Below are positions 1-9,783 of a DNA stretch of 64,000 nt, piece after piece. Source of the stretch: Thermodesulfobacteriota bacterium. GTDB taxonomy: Bacteria; Desulfobacterota_D; UBA1144; Nemesobacterales; JAJCZQ01. A program made the translations under genes and the position numbers. The notes below the pieces were generated by a model that saw nothing but the letters and a program-made list of their open reading frames with translations, was not told the DNA's origin and did no database searches. How positions within the stretch are numbered: the stretch's first letter is position 1; every line of letters starts with the position of its first letter. The DNA lies in contig OZ244044.1 of NCBI GenBank assembly GCA_965215275.1, forward strand, positions 704,001 through 768,000, written 5' to 3'.

Positions 1-180
1 ACTGAGAGCTTTCCGTCAGGATATCTACTGGCTGCTTACGGGAGAAGAAGTGTATTTATCTTTTTAAACCTTCTTTTTTGATATTCAATGTTTTCAGTAC
101 CCTAGGGTCCCACTGCAAGATCTTCCATCCGTTTAAAACATCGTCTTTGTTCATTTAGCATAGCTACTTGTATAATTCCC
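1..180. mobile_element. Right end of an IS1595-like TIR-bounded cassette that extends left out of the window
   Basis: Ends in TGTATAATTCCC (reverse complement GGGAATTATACAAGTAGCTATGCTAAA). 1-50 resembles 17150-17200 and 134-180 resembles 51940-51986; both of those lie downstream of the subtilase-like genes. Confidence 0.6.
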
Positions 181-1340
181 TAAATTAAACTGCACTGCAT
201 TCCCTTTAATCTCTGTCTTGCCGTCTTACAGTAATCATCAGAAATATCTATCCCAAGATATCTTCTACCTAGCTTATGTGCAACAACACTCGTTGTACCA
301 ACACCATTAAATGGATCTAATACAATATCTCTTTTGTAACTGAAGAGTTTCAGAACTCTCTCTACTAGTTTCTCTGGGAACATTGCAGGGTGTCCGTATT
401 CTTTCATCTTTCTTTCAGGTGCAAGTGACCACTTGCCAGTAACCCATTGTTTAAATTCATCAGCAGAGATATCTATATCGTCTTTCAATCCTGTCTTTTT
501 TAGATCTCCTTTGCAAAATACTTCTAAAAACTCCCATGTATATTTCAAGTAAGGATTGCTCGGACTTTTCCAACTTCCCCAAGCGGTATATTTACAGTTG
601 TAGTTATTCTTCTCCCATAATATCTCACCTTTCCATATGAGTTTTTCCTTTATAAAAAAGCCGCTGATTATATGGTGGCTCGGAATATAATCAGAAAAAA
701 GCGGCTGAACGTTAACTATTATTCTTCCACCATACTTAACAACCCTTATACATTCCTTGAATACTTTAAACAGTTTTTCAAAGTACTCTTCCCAATAGTG
801 TGCATCTTTATTGTGAGCATAGTCCAACCCAAAATTATAGGGAGGAGAGGTAAAAACCAGATCAACAGAATTATCAGGAACGTCCTTTAACACTGTTTCG
901 CTGTCACCTTTAATTATCCTGTCCTGATATTTATCCGGCAATTCATTATTGATTTTAGAAAAAGTACTGTCTTGAGCGTAATAATACTGCGTTCTTGCCG
1001 TCTCTTTGTTCTTCCTGTCCTTTACTTTTCTTTCTTTGTTGTAGTCAATGTAATTCCTTTTGCTGCCACTTATACTGTAACTTTTTATCTGTTCTATTAA
1101 TCCAGTAATATCGCTAATAATTGACCTGTTCACGGTCCCATTCAGTAAAGTGCTCTGATCTTTTAACTTTGTAATATCGACCGTCTTTAGCAAGACAGTG
1201 ATATTTTTCCCATCATGCTCTATTCTCAGATCGCTTTTATCAAAAGTCTTGTTAAGAACCTCAATGGTGTACAAGTCTTTTTTGCTTAGCCTCCTGTCGT
1301 AACTCAAGGTCAGTTCTTTGTATTTTCCCGTATTATTCAC
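180..1340 (-). CDS. Site-specific DNA methyltransferase (N4-C/N6-A, beta-type motif order) with ~130-aa N-terminal extension
   Basis: DLVFTSPPY catalytic motif precedes HPAMFP and the VLDPFNGVGTT SAM-binding motif. Confidence 0.9.
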   Translation of the reverse strand: MNNTGKYKELTLSYDRRLSKKDLYTIEVLNKTFDKSDLRIEHDGKNITVLLKTVDITKLKDQSTLLNGTVNRSIISDITGLIEQIKSYSISGSKRNYIDYNKERKVKDRKNKETARTQYYYAQDSTFSKINNELPDKYQDRIIKGDSETVLKDVPDNSVDLVFTSPPYNFGLDYAHNKDAHYWEEYFEKLFKVFKECIRVVKYGGRIIVNVQPLFSDYIPSHHIISGFFIKEKLIWKGEILWEKNNYNCKYTAWGSWKSPSNPYLKYTWEFLEVFCKGDLKKTGLKDDIDISADEFKQWVTGKWSLAPERKMKEYGHPAMFPEKLVERVLKLFSYKRDIVLDPFNGVGTTSVVAHKLGRRYLGIDISDDYCKTARQRLKGMQCSLI

Positions 1341-1461
1341 CTCATACTTACCTTGCTTGCCAGACGCTCTGAAGCTATCACAATGCGGACATCGTGTGGT
1401 TTACCTTTCCATCCCTCCACCTAACAACGAAATCTATCACTGAAACTTCATCAGGGATCTG
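1341..1461 (-). pseudogene. Frameshifted relic of an IS1595-family transposase N-terminal Zn-ribbon
   Basis: Read across two frameshifts: QIPDEVSVIDFVVRWR / WKGKP / RCPHCDS. This matches the typical IS1595 N-terminus pattern PDE...RW.G.P.CPHC.S. A degenerate end (TATATAATTCAC) lies upstream at 1589-1600. Confidence 0.6.
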
Positions 1462-1610
1462 TTATATAAGATACAGGTGAAAACATATCATAAAACAGTA
1501 ATTTTGTCAATAAAAACTTAATTAATTCAGTAAGTTATATCAAAAATAAAAGTATTTACGACAGTCAGTTATACTTTCAGGGTAATTTTATATAATTCAC
1601 TGATCCGAAT

Positions 1611-3350
1611 ATGAGCGTAAGAATAGCTTTGGCTCAAATCAACTGCTGTGTGGGCGATATACACGGGAACGTGGACAGGATGATCGCTCACATTAAAGAA
1701 GCTCAGAAAGCCGGTGCAGACATCATCGTTTTTCCCGAACTGACTATCACTGGGTATCCGCCAGAAGACCTCTTGTTAAAAAAAAGCTTCATTAAAGACA
1801 ATAAAGACGCAATCAACGAGATCAAAGAGGCTTCAGGGTCGATTATCACGATCGCCGGATTTGTTGAATCCAGCGGCAATATTTACAACGCGGCGGCTGT
1901 AATTCAAAACGGCGAGGTCGCCGACGTGTACAGAAAGTCACGCCTTCCCAATTACGGAGTATTCGATGAGGACAGATATTTCAAATCCGGAAGTGAGGTC
2001 AGTGTTTACAGATATGGTAAACTGATCTTCGGAGTGAACATATGCGAGGACATATGGCATCCCGGCAACCCGGCAAAACAACAGGTACGCAGCGGCAACG
2101 CTCAGCTCATAATCAATATCTCCTCTTCACCTTATAACTTAAAAAAACCCGAAGAGAGGGAAAAAATGCTGACTAAAAGGGCTTCACGTCATGGCTGCTT
2201 TCTGGCCTTCTGTAACCTCGTTGGAGGACAGGACGAACTGGTATTTGACGGGAACAGCTGCGTGATAAGTGATACGGGAGAGGTTATTTCACGTGCCGCA
2301 CAGTTTCAAGAAGACCTGCTCGTAACCGACCTTGATATAAAAAGACCTTCCAGGAAGAACGGCAGGGATACCAAAGCACAAAAGATGCCGTCAAAACATA
2401 AGACAGTAAGGTCAGTGGAACTTAAGCCACCAGCAAACAGAACGAGAAGACCCGTATTACCCAGAAAGAACGAGTTTAAAAGTGAAGAGCAGGAGGTCTT
2501 TGACGCACTTGTACTGGGTACAAGGGACTATGTGATGAAGAACGGCTTTAAAAAGACCGTGATCGGGATCAGTGGAGGAATAGACTCATCTCTCGTTGCC
2601 GTCATTGCCACCGAGGCACTTGGTGCCGGGAACCTGCTTGGGATTATAATGCCTTCTGAATACAGTTCGAAAGGGAGCGTGGAGGATTCTCTGATACTGG
2701 CTGCAAACCTCGGAATTGAAACACGGAACATCCCTATAAGTAAGATATTCAGTTCATACCTTAAAAGCCTTGAAGTCCACTTCGAAGGTAAACCCGCCAA
2801 CGAAGCCGAGGAGAACATCCAGGCACGCATAAGGGGAAACATATTAATGGCACTGTCCAATAAGTTCGGCTATCTGGTCTTAAGTACAGGTAACAAGAGC
2901 GAAATGAGCGTTGGGTACGGAACGCTTTACGGCGACATGGCAGGTGGCTTTGCCGTTATAAAAGATATACCGAAGATGCTCATTTACAGACTAGCAAAGT
3001 TCTACAACAGGGAAAAGGGACAGGACGTGATCCCGGTCTCGGTCATTAATAAACCTCCTTCGGCGGAGTTAAGGCCCGAGCAGAAAGACACCGACTCCTT
3101 ACCCCCGTATGAACAGCTGGACAGAATACTGAAGTACTATATAGAAGACGATCTGAGCGTAAAGGAAATAATAAATAAAGGGGAAGATGAAAGTACGGTC
3201 AGGCAGGTAGCCAGAATGGTGGACCAGAACGAATACAAGCGCAGACAAAGTCCCATTGGAATTAAAATAACGGGCAAGGCGTTCGGAAAGGACCGGAGAA
3301 TGCCTGTAACGATGGGATATAACAGATCCGGTAAATCATCAATATCTTAA
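1611..3350 (+). CDS. nadE: Glutamine-dependent NAD+ synthetase
   Basis: N-terminal nitrilase domain (FPEL, ICEDIW) plus synthetase motifs GISGGIDS, ENIQARIRG, TGNKSE, PPSAEL. Confidence 0.96.
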   Translation: MSVRIALAQINCCVGDIHGNVDRMIAHIKEAQKAGADIIVFPELTITGYPPEDLLLKKSFIKDNKDAINEIKEASGSIITIAGFVESSGNIYNAAAVIQNGEVADVYRKSRLPNYGVFDEDRYFKSGSEVSVYRYGKLIFGVNICEDIWHPGNPAKQQVRSGNAQLIINISSSPYNLKKPEEREKMLTKRASRHGCFLAFCNLVGGQDELVFDGNSCVISDTGEVISRAAQFQEDLLVTDLDIKRPSRKNGRDTKAQKMPSKHKTVRSVELKPPANRTRRPVLPRKNEFKSEEQEVFDALVLGTRDYVMKNGFKKTVIGISGGIDSSLVAVIATEALGAGNLLGIIMPSEYSSKGSVEDSLILAANLGIETRNIPISKIFSSYLKSLEVHFEGKPANEAEENIQARIRGNILMALSNKFGYLVLSTGNKSEMSVGYGTLYGDMAGGFAVIKDIPKMLIYRLAKFYNREKGQDVIPVSVINKPPSAELRPEQKDTDSLPPYEQLDRILKYYIEDDLSVKEIINKGEDESTVRQVARMVDQNEYKRRQSPIGIKITGKAFGKDRRMPVTMGYNRSGKSSIS

Positions 3351-4555
3351 GCTTTATCTGACGTATTGTTCAGTACTGCAATACCGGGAAGTTCACTTCC
3401 ACCGAGAAACTCAAGGGAGGCACCTCCGCCAGTCGATATATGACTTACCTCAAGATCAAGCACTTCAGCGTTCCTCATCGCGGCAATACTGTCCCCTCCA
3501 CCCACGACCGTTGTAGCACCTCTCCACGTTGCAAGGGCAATTGACCTTGCAATACTGGTCGTGCCGGAAGAAAAATCCTCTATTTCGAACAGTCCCATGG
3601 GTCCGTTCCAGAATATAGTACCGTTTCCCTTTATGAACAAAGAGTAGTTATTTACGGTCTTGGGACCAATATCAAAACCCTGATAATGCTCGGGTATCTC
3701 ATTATCAATCACGATCGGGTTTTTCACGTTGTCGAAACTCTCTGAAACAATATGGTCGACCGGCAGTGATATCTTATCTCCAAAGGTCTTAAGTGCTTCC
3801 CTTGCCCAAGGCAACATCTCGTCCTCACAGATCGATTTACCGACCGAAATACCTTTCGCCTTAAGGAAAGTATAGGCAATACCACCACCTAACAGCACGT
3901 GGTCGGCTTTTTCTATAAGGTTTTTCAGTGCTCCTATCTTGTCCTTTATCTTGGCCCCTCCCACGATCACCACGTAAGGTCTCATAGGATTATCGAGCAG
4001 CGTACCTAAAAACCTTATCTCGCGGTCTACAAGAAATCCCGACAATCTCTTTTCAAAGTTGAATGCCATACCGTAAGTCGACGCATGGGCCCTGTGTGAA
4101 GTTCCAAACGCGTCATTAACGTAAATATCTGCCAACAATGACAGCTGTTTTGCAAATTCCGGGTCGTTGTTCCTTTCTTCAATGTGAAACCTGAGGTTCT
4201 CAAGGAGCATTACATCTCCGTTTTTCAGATCATCGGAGGCATCTTCGACCTCTTTTCCAATGATCTTGCCTACAAATTTCACGTCTTTTCCGAGAAACTC
4301 CGTCAGTCTCAAGGCAACGGGACGAAGGGACAGACTGGAAATATATTTCCCTTTAGGTCTGCCAAGGTGGGAAGCAAGTATAACCTTTGCACCTTTTTCA
4401 ACCAAAAAATCGATCGTGGGAATCGTCCGCCTTATCCTGTAGTCCTCGCTGATCCTGCTGTTCTTTATAGGAACGTTAAAATCAACTCTGACAAAGACCT
4501 TCTTACCCTTTATATCGGAATCCGGAAGGTCTGATATGACCGATTTAGCTATCAA
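3347..4555 (-). CDS. pgk: Phosphoglycerate kinase
   Basis: RVDFNVP, SHLGRP, LLENLRF, NDAFGTSHRAHAS, HISTGGGASLE. Confidence 0.97.
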   Translation of the reverse strand: MIAKSVISDLPDSDIKGKKVFVRVDFNVPIKNSRISEDYRIRRTIPTIDFLVEKGAKVILASHLGRPKGKYISSLSLRPVALRLTEFLGKDVKFVGKIIGKEVEDASDDLKNGDVMLLENLRFHIEERNNDPEFAKQLSLLADIYVNDAFGTSHRAHASTYGMAFNFEKRLSGFLVDREIRFLGTLLDNPMRPYVVIVGGAKIKDKIGALKNLIEKADHVLLGGGIAYTFLKAKGISVGKSICEDEMLPWAREALKTFGDKISLPVDHIVSESFDNVKNPIVIDNEIPEHYQGFDIGPKTVNNYSLFIKGNGTIFWNGPMGLFEIEDFSSGTTSIARSIALATWRGATTVVGGGDSIAAMRNAEVLDLEVSHISTGGGASLEFLGGSELPGIAVLNNTSDKA

Positions 4556-5559
4556 GACCGTTTTCCCACCAGTTCAATCAGGTCCACCACCCTTGCAGAA
4601 TACCCATACTCGTTGTCGTACCAGGCTATTACCTTTGCAAGCTCACCATTAACTACCGACGTGAGTTCCGAGTCATAAGAAGCAGAGTGGGTATCGGCGA
4701 TCATATCCGATGAAACAAGAGGTTCATCAATATACCTTATATACCTCTGTAAATCGCCATCTGACGCCTGCTTGAACTTCTCGTTTATTTCGTCAACGCA
4801 GCTTTCCCTGCCAAGTTCACAGGTAAAGTCAACCACAGAAACGTTTGGAGTTGGAACCCTTAAAGCAATTGCCTCAAGTTTGCCTTTCAGTTCAGGGAAC
4901 ACCAGCTGAATGGCACTTGCCGCTCCGGTACTGGTCGGGATAATGGAAAGCGCCGCCGAACGTGCTCTTCTCAGGTCCGAGTGAGGGGCATCCAGAATTC
5001 TCTGGTCATTGGTATAGGAATGAATGGTCGTCATCTGACCTTTTTTTATTCCGAAATTATCCAGAAGCACCTTAACAAGCATACTGAAACAGTTCGTAGT
5101 GCATGAGGCATTGGAGATTATATGGTCTTTATCCGGTCTGTAGTCATCGTCATTAATGCCCATAACGACCGAAAAGTCCACTTTACCTTTAGCCGGCGCC
5201 GTAATTATCACCTTCCTTACGGATCCACCAAGGTGCATGGAAGCCTGTTCCCTGGTCCTGAAAACACCCGTTGCTTCCACTACCGCTTCTGCTCCGACCC
5301 CGTCCCAGTCTATCTGCTCCGGGCTCCGGGAGGAAAATACCCTTACAGGATCGCCGTCAATAACTATATCGCTTCCATCGACCTTTACTTCTCCCTTGTA
5401 CGGACCAAACACCGAATCGTATTTAAAAAGATGTGCTAAGGTCCTCGCATCTGATACGTCATTGATACCTACGAACTTCAAACCAGGTCTCTCAAGCCCT
5501 ATCCTGAGTACGTGCCTTCCTATACGTCCAAAACCATTGATACCTACTTTCAAAGACAT
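4552..5559 (-). CDS. gap: Type I glyceraldehyde-3-phosphate dehydrogenase
   Basis: GINGFGRIGR, SNASCTTNC, WYDNEYGY. Confidence 0.97.
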   Translation of the reverse strand: MSLKVGINGFGRIGRHVLRIGLERPGLKFVGINDVSDARTLAHLFKYDSVFGPYKGEVKVDGSDIVIDGDPVRVFSSRSPEQIDWDGVGAEAVVEATGVFRTREQASMHLGGSVRKVIITAPAKGKVDFSVVMGINDDDYRPDKDHIISNASCTTNCFSMLVKVLLDNFGIKKGQMTTIHSYTNDQRILDAPHSDLRRARSAALSIIPTSTGAASAIQLVFPELKGKLEAIALRVPTPNVSVVDFTCELGRESCVDEINEKFKQASDGDLQRYIRYIDEPLVSSDMIADTHSASYDSELTSVVNGELAKVIAWYDNEYGYSARVVDLIELVGKRS

Positions 5560-5704
5560 TATATTCTCCTTAAGAATAAATCTGTTATAGTACCTTTTGT
5601 CAGATGTTCAGTCAAGATATCATAGGTGCTGCCTGGGTTGCTGCACTTACATTACAATTGAAAAAGGTTGTATTTGTTCGCTTAAACGGATACTTTCAAT
5701 TACC

Positions 5705-6745
5705 ATGTCAAATATAAGAACGGCTATACTAGGTGCCAGTGGATACACGGGAGGGGAACTGATAAGGCTTCTGCTGAACCATCCCGGCGTGGAGATCCGT
5801 CACGCCACGGCAGCAAGGCACGCGGGCAAGAAACTCGTGGAGGTCTTTCCGCATTTAAGAGACCTGACAGATCTGGACCTGGAAAAACTGAGCCCCGAAA
5901 AAATAGCAGATAACGTGGATGTTGTATTTGCGTCACTGCCGCACGGAGCATCGGCCGAGGTCGTGGCTTACCTGTATAAAAAAGGCCTGAAGATAGTTGA
6001 TCTTGGAGCGGACTTCAGAATAAGTGAAGAAAACTACAATAAGTGGTACAGCAGGCACCCTTGCCCATCGTTTATAGAAAGTGCAGTGTATGGAATTTCA
6101 GAGCTCTACAGGGACGAGATAGCAAAGTCACAACTGGTTGCCAATCCCGGATGCTATCCGACGTCCACGATCCTGCCTCTGGCCCCGCTTATAAAAAAAG
6201 GGATCATCAGGGAAGATAACATAATTATAGATTCAAAGTCAGGCGCTTCGGGTGCAGGAAGAACGCCTTCTCTGGATCTTCATTTCTGTGAAGTGGATGA
6301 AGTGCTTAAGGCATATAAGGTAGGTGCTCACAGACATTCTCCCGAGATCGAACAGCATTTATCCAGTTACTGTAAAAAGAAGACGGAGGTGATCTTCACC
6401 CCTCATCTGCTTCCGATCAGCAGAGGGATCCTGTCAACGATATACGTAAGCACCAACGGAAGCTACTCCACTTCCGACCTGATAGGGATATTAAAACAGT
6501 TCTATCACGGTTCATACTTTATCAGAATTTACGACGAAGGGCACTTCCCGAGCATTTCGTCCATAAAAGGTTCCAATTACTGCGACATAGGGGTTGTATC
6601 CAATCCTGATAAAAAGACCGCCATTCTGGTCTCCGTGATAGATAACCTCGTAAAAGGAGCCTCAGGACAGGCTGTCCAGAACATGAACATTATGATGGGA
6701 CTGCCTGAAAGCACGGGACTGAAGCTGAACCCAGTGTTTCCATGA
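5705..6745 (+). CDS. argC: N-acetyl-gamma-glutamyl-phosphate reductase (start placed at ATG 5705 rather than 5597)
   Basis: GASGYTG, ANPGCYPT, SGASGAG, IDNLVKGASGQAVQNMN. Confidence 0.95.
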   Translation: MSNIRTAILGASGYTGGELIRLLLNHPGVEIRHATAARHAGKKLVEVFPHLRDLTDLDLEKLSPEKIADNVDVVFASLPHGASAEVVAYLYKKGLKIVDLGADFRISEENYNKWYSRHPCPSFIESAVYGISELYRDEIAKSQLVANPGCYPTSTILPLAPLIKKGIIREDNIIIDSKSGASGAGRTPSLDLHFCEVDEVLKAYKVGAHRHSPEIEQHLSSYCKKKTEVIFTPHLLPISRGILSTIYVSTNGSYSTSDLIGILKQFYHGSYFIRIYDEGHFPSISSIKGSNYCDIGVVSNPDKKTAILVSVIDNLVKGASGQAVQNMNIMMGLPESTGLKLNPVFP

Positions 6746-6818
6746 TGAACGGGACTGACGGCGGTCGTTCAGAAAGTAACTGAACGTTTCAGGACAGCGG
6801 CTTTACCTATAAACCGCG

Positions 6819-7967
6819 TCAGATGCGCGTGTTTCTGATCCTTTCCACTATGCCTGGCAGTACCGAGATGATCCTTTCCACGTCCTTTTCTTCTGAAAAC
6901 CGTCCAAAGCTCAGCCTGAGCGATGAAGCTGCCTGCCTGCTGCTCAGTCCCATAGCAAGAAGCACATGGGACGGCTCCACGTTCCCCTCGGAGCATGCCG
7001 AACCGGTCGAGCACGAAATACCTTCAAGATCAAGATTTACTACAAGCGATTCCCCTTCAACGTCGTCAAAGCTGAAATTAAGCGTGTTTGAAAGACGCTT
7101 TGCACCAGCCCCATTTATCCTGACGCCTTTTATACTTTCAAGTACCCGGCTCTGAAGCGTCTTTGTCAGTTCGCTCACCCTGCGGTCCTCGTGTACGAGC
7201 AGATCAGAGGCCAGTTCACATGCCTTGCCAAACCCCACCACTGCTGGAACGTTCTCAGTGCCGGACCTCCTTCCTCTCTCCTGCCCGCCGCCGTGCAGCA
7301 GTACCGAAGGGTCCAGTCCGGTCCTTATATACGCCGCCCCGACGCCTTTAGGACCGTATACCTTGTGAGAAGAGAACGACGCGGCGTCCACCGGCAGCTT
7401 CTGAACGTCCAGCGGTAACTTGCCCAGGACCTGAACCGTATCGGTATGCAGGATTATTCCATGCTCCTTTGATATCCGGCTTATCTTTTCGATCGGACTT
7501 ATTACTCCCGTCTCGTTATTTGCAAAAATACAGGTTATCAGCACGGTCTTTTCCGAAATGGACCCCTCAAGTTCATCAAGGTCAACGACCCCGTCTTTAT
7601 CAACGCCTGTATAAGTGACTTCAAATCCGAGCTTTTCCATGTACTTCAGCGTTGCCAGCGTAGAGGCATGCTCCACCTGGGTGGAAATTATATGATTTCC
7701 CTTTTCCTTCACTGACATTGCCAGTCCTCTGATCAGGTAGTTATTGCATTCACTGCCTCCACTGGTAAAAACGATCTCCCGTGGTCTGACGTTGATCAGT
7801 CCTGCCACTTTTTCCCTTGATACGTCAAGTGCGGCCTTTGCCTCGTTCCCCATTGAATGAATGCTTGAAGGGTTCCCGTAGTTATAATGAAAATAAGGAA
7901 GCATTTCATCTATAACCCTCTGGTCGACCGGGGTGGTTGCGTTGTAATCACAATATGCTCTGTCCAT
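6819..7967 (-). CDS. iscS: Cysteine desulfurase (IscS/NifS group I)
   Basis: DYNATTP, YGNPSS, SSHKVYGPKG (PLP Lys), STGSAC (catalytic Cys). Confidence 0.88.
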   Translation of the reverse strand: MDRAYCDYNATTPVDQRVIDEMLPYFHYNYGNPSSIHSMGNEAKAALDVSREKVAGLINVRPREIVFTSGGSECNNYLIRGLAMSVKEKGNHIISTQVEHASTLATLKYMEKLGFEVTYTGVDKDGVVDLDELEGSISEKTVLITCIFANNETGVISPIEKISRISKEHGIILHTDTVQVLGKLPLDVQKLPVDAASFSSHKVYGPKGVGAAYIRTGLDPSVLLHGGGQERGRRSGTENVPAVVGFGKACELASDLLVHEDRRVSELTKTLQSRVLESIKGVRINGAGAKRLSNTLNFSFDDVEGESLVVNLDLEGISCSTGSACSEGNVEPSHVLLAMGLSSRQAASSLRLSFGRFSEEKDVERIISVLPGIVERIRNTRI

Positions 7968-7973
7968 TGGAGC

Positions 7974-8657
7974 CTATGACAACAGGTCGGGTTTGTCCGT
8001 AATAATACCTCTTATACCTAATTTTTTCATCTTCAGGGCAAGTTCCTTTTCATTGACCGTCCAGGCAAACAGTTCTAACTTCATGTCCCGGACCTTCTTA
8101 ACCAGCCCGGAGGTTATGAAATACCGAAAGACCGCGACCATATCCGCATTACAGAACTTACAGTCCCTGTATATATTAAAGGGAAAGAACTTTATTAAAC
8201 CAGTGAGAACGGCCGGTTCCAGATGCTTGACCCTTTTCAGTATTCTCTTGTGAAACGAAACGATAAAGACGTCATTGATAACTTTGTACCTGTGAACAAT
8301 GTCCAGGATCTTGTCCTCGGAGTTGTGTTCCTTCAGTTCTATCACAAATTTTGTGCCGGCAAATCCCGATATTACTTCCTCCACCGTCGGTATTTTCTCC
8401 CCACTGCCCGCGTCAAGTTCCCTCAGCTCTTCCAGCGTTTTATCCCTTACGTATCCCTTTCCGTTCGTCGTTCTGTTCACTCTGCTGTCATGCATGACCA
8501 CAAGTTCACCGTCAAGGCTGGTCCGAACGTCGAACTCTATCACCGGTGCACCAAGTGCAACGGCCTTTCTGAACGATGAAATGGTATTTTCAGGCTCATA
8601 TCCACTTGCACCGCGGTGTGATATTATTATAAACTCTTCTTCTTCAGCATCCGACAT
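7974..8657 (-). CDS. Glycerophosphodiester phosphodiesterase
   Basis: SHRGASGYEPENT, IEFDV, HD, IELK, WTVN, IITD. Confidence 0.9.
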   Translation of the reverse strand: MSDAEEEEFIIISHRGASGYEPENTISSFRKAVALGAPVIEFDVRTSLDGELVVMHDSRVNRTTNGKGYVRDKTLEELRELDAGSGEKIPTVEEVISGFAGTKFVIELKEHNSEDKILDIVHRYKVINDVFIVSFHKRILKRVKHLEPAVLTGLIKFFPFNIYRDCKFCNADMVAVFRYFITSGLVKKVRDMKLELFAWTVNEKELALKMKKLGIRGIITDKPDLLS

Positions 8658-8716
8658 TATTTAAAAATATACACATCAATTGCAATAAATCGTAGAGATT
8701 GTAGAATGGTTCAGAG

Positions 8717-9595
8717 ATGAGATCACACATGCGGCACTACGTTCTGCTGGTTCGTCCGGAACACTGGGTAAAGAACTGTCTGGTTATCGCCCCATCGTTT
8801 TTTGCCGGGATTTTATTTGAGAACCTGAACAATCTCCTTGTGGGTCTGACCGCTTTTTTCTCTTTCTCCTTTATCGCTTCGGTGGGATACATACTTAACG
8901 ACCTCGCCGACAGGGAATCTGACAGGAACCATACGGTCAAGAAGAACAGACCTATCGCGTCTGGAAAGATACAGACTGCCGCCGCGATCATTGCTGCAAT
9001 GCTGCTTCTGGCCCTGGGAATGTTCATGGCGTTCAAGATCAATCTGTCCTACGTACTGATGCTCGTCTGTTATCTTGTGGTTTCCTCGTTTTACACTTTA
9101 CTGCTGAAAAATATCGTTATAATAGAGCTTTTTTTCATATCTTTCGGATTTCTGCTCAGAATATTTGCAGGAGGTATCAGTTGCAATATACCCATCTCCG
9201 GCTGGTTTTTACTGTTAACCCTTTTTCTATCCCTGCTTCTTGCGTTCGGCAAAAGAAGAACTGAACTTAACGCGGTCAACAAAGGAGCAAATTTCAAAAA
9301 GGTCCTTAGTAACTACAACACCTCATTTCTGGACAGTGGCGTGCTTATCTTCTCCACTATGTCCATTATTGTCTATTCGTTATATCTGGTCTACAGGGGC
9401 ATGGATGAGATGTTATTTACAATACCACTTGTCTGCTTCGGTATATTACGATACATCTACCTTATTAACGTAAAGTCCAAAGGGGAACCAACTGATGCAC
9501 TGCTGAACGATATCTGGCTGCTGTCCTGTGTTGTCTTGTGGCTGGTTACCAACGGAATTATCATATACTTCTTTGACAATAAGGGATTCGTTTAA
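8717..9595 (+). CDS. UbiA-family prenyltransferase (decaprenyl-phosphate phosphoribosyltransferase-like)
   Basis: RPEHWVKN, YILNDLADRESDRNH..KKNRPIASG, KRRTEL and multiple TM segments. Confidence 0.85.
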   Translation: MRSHMRHYVLLVRPEHWVKNCLVIAPSFFAGILFENLNNLLVGLTAFFSFSFIASVGYILNDLADRESDRNHTVKKNRPIASGKIQTAAAIIAAMLLLALGMFMAFKINLSYVLMLVCYLVVSSFYTLLLKNIVIIELFFISFGFLLRIFAGGISCNIPISGWFLLLTLFLSLLLAFGKRRTELNAVNKGANFKKVLSNYNTSFLDSGVLIFSTMSIIVYSLYLVYRGMDEMLFTIPLVCFGILRYIYLINVKSKGEPTDALLNDIWLLSCVVLWLVTNGIIIYFFDNKGFV

Positions 9596-9783
9596 CAAAG
9601 CATCATTGATCTTCCACTTCATCACGTCTCTTACTTCTTTTACGGCCTGCTCCGGTCCGTCCAGTTTGTTATCGGACGGGAAAAATCATTTCATTCCATA
9701 TAAAGGAATTTACCAAGGAAAAATTTAAGAAAGAGAGTAAGAAAAGCAGTACAGGAATTACCATGCGTTGAGGTGTGTCATAT

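Noticed and set aside
1..45. YPDGK-like similarity between the minus strand of the subtilase downstream repeat and TnpB 1
   Set aside because: Only about 15 nt match and the surrounding frames contain stops. Insufficient to call a TnpB relic.
5597..5704. Cys-rich N-terminal extension of ArgC
   Set aside because: It spans the divergent gap/argC promoter region; ArgC homology starts at ATG 5705.
9590..9700. Possible gene remnant between the UbiA gene and cofE
   Set aside because: Short minus-strand frame (..DGPEQAVKEVRDVMKW..) with no start and no family I can recognise.
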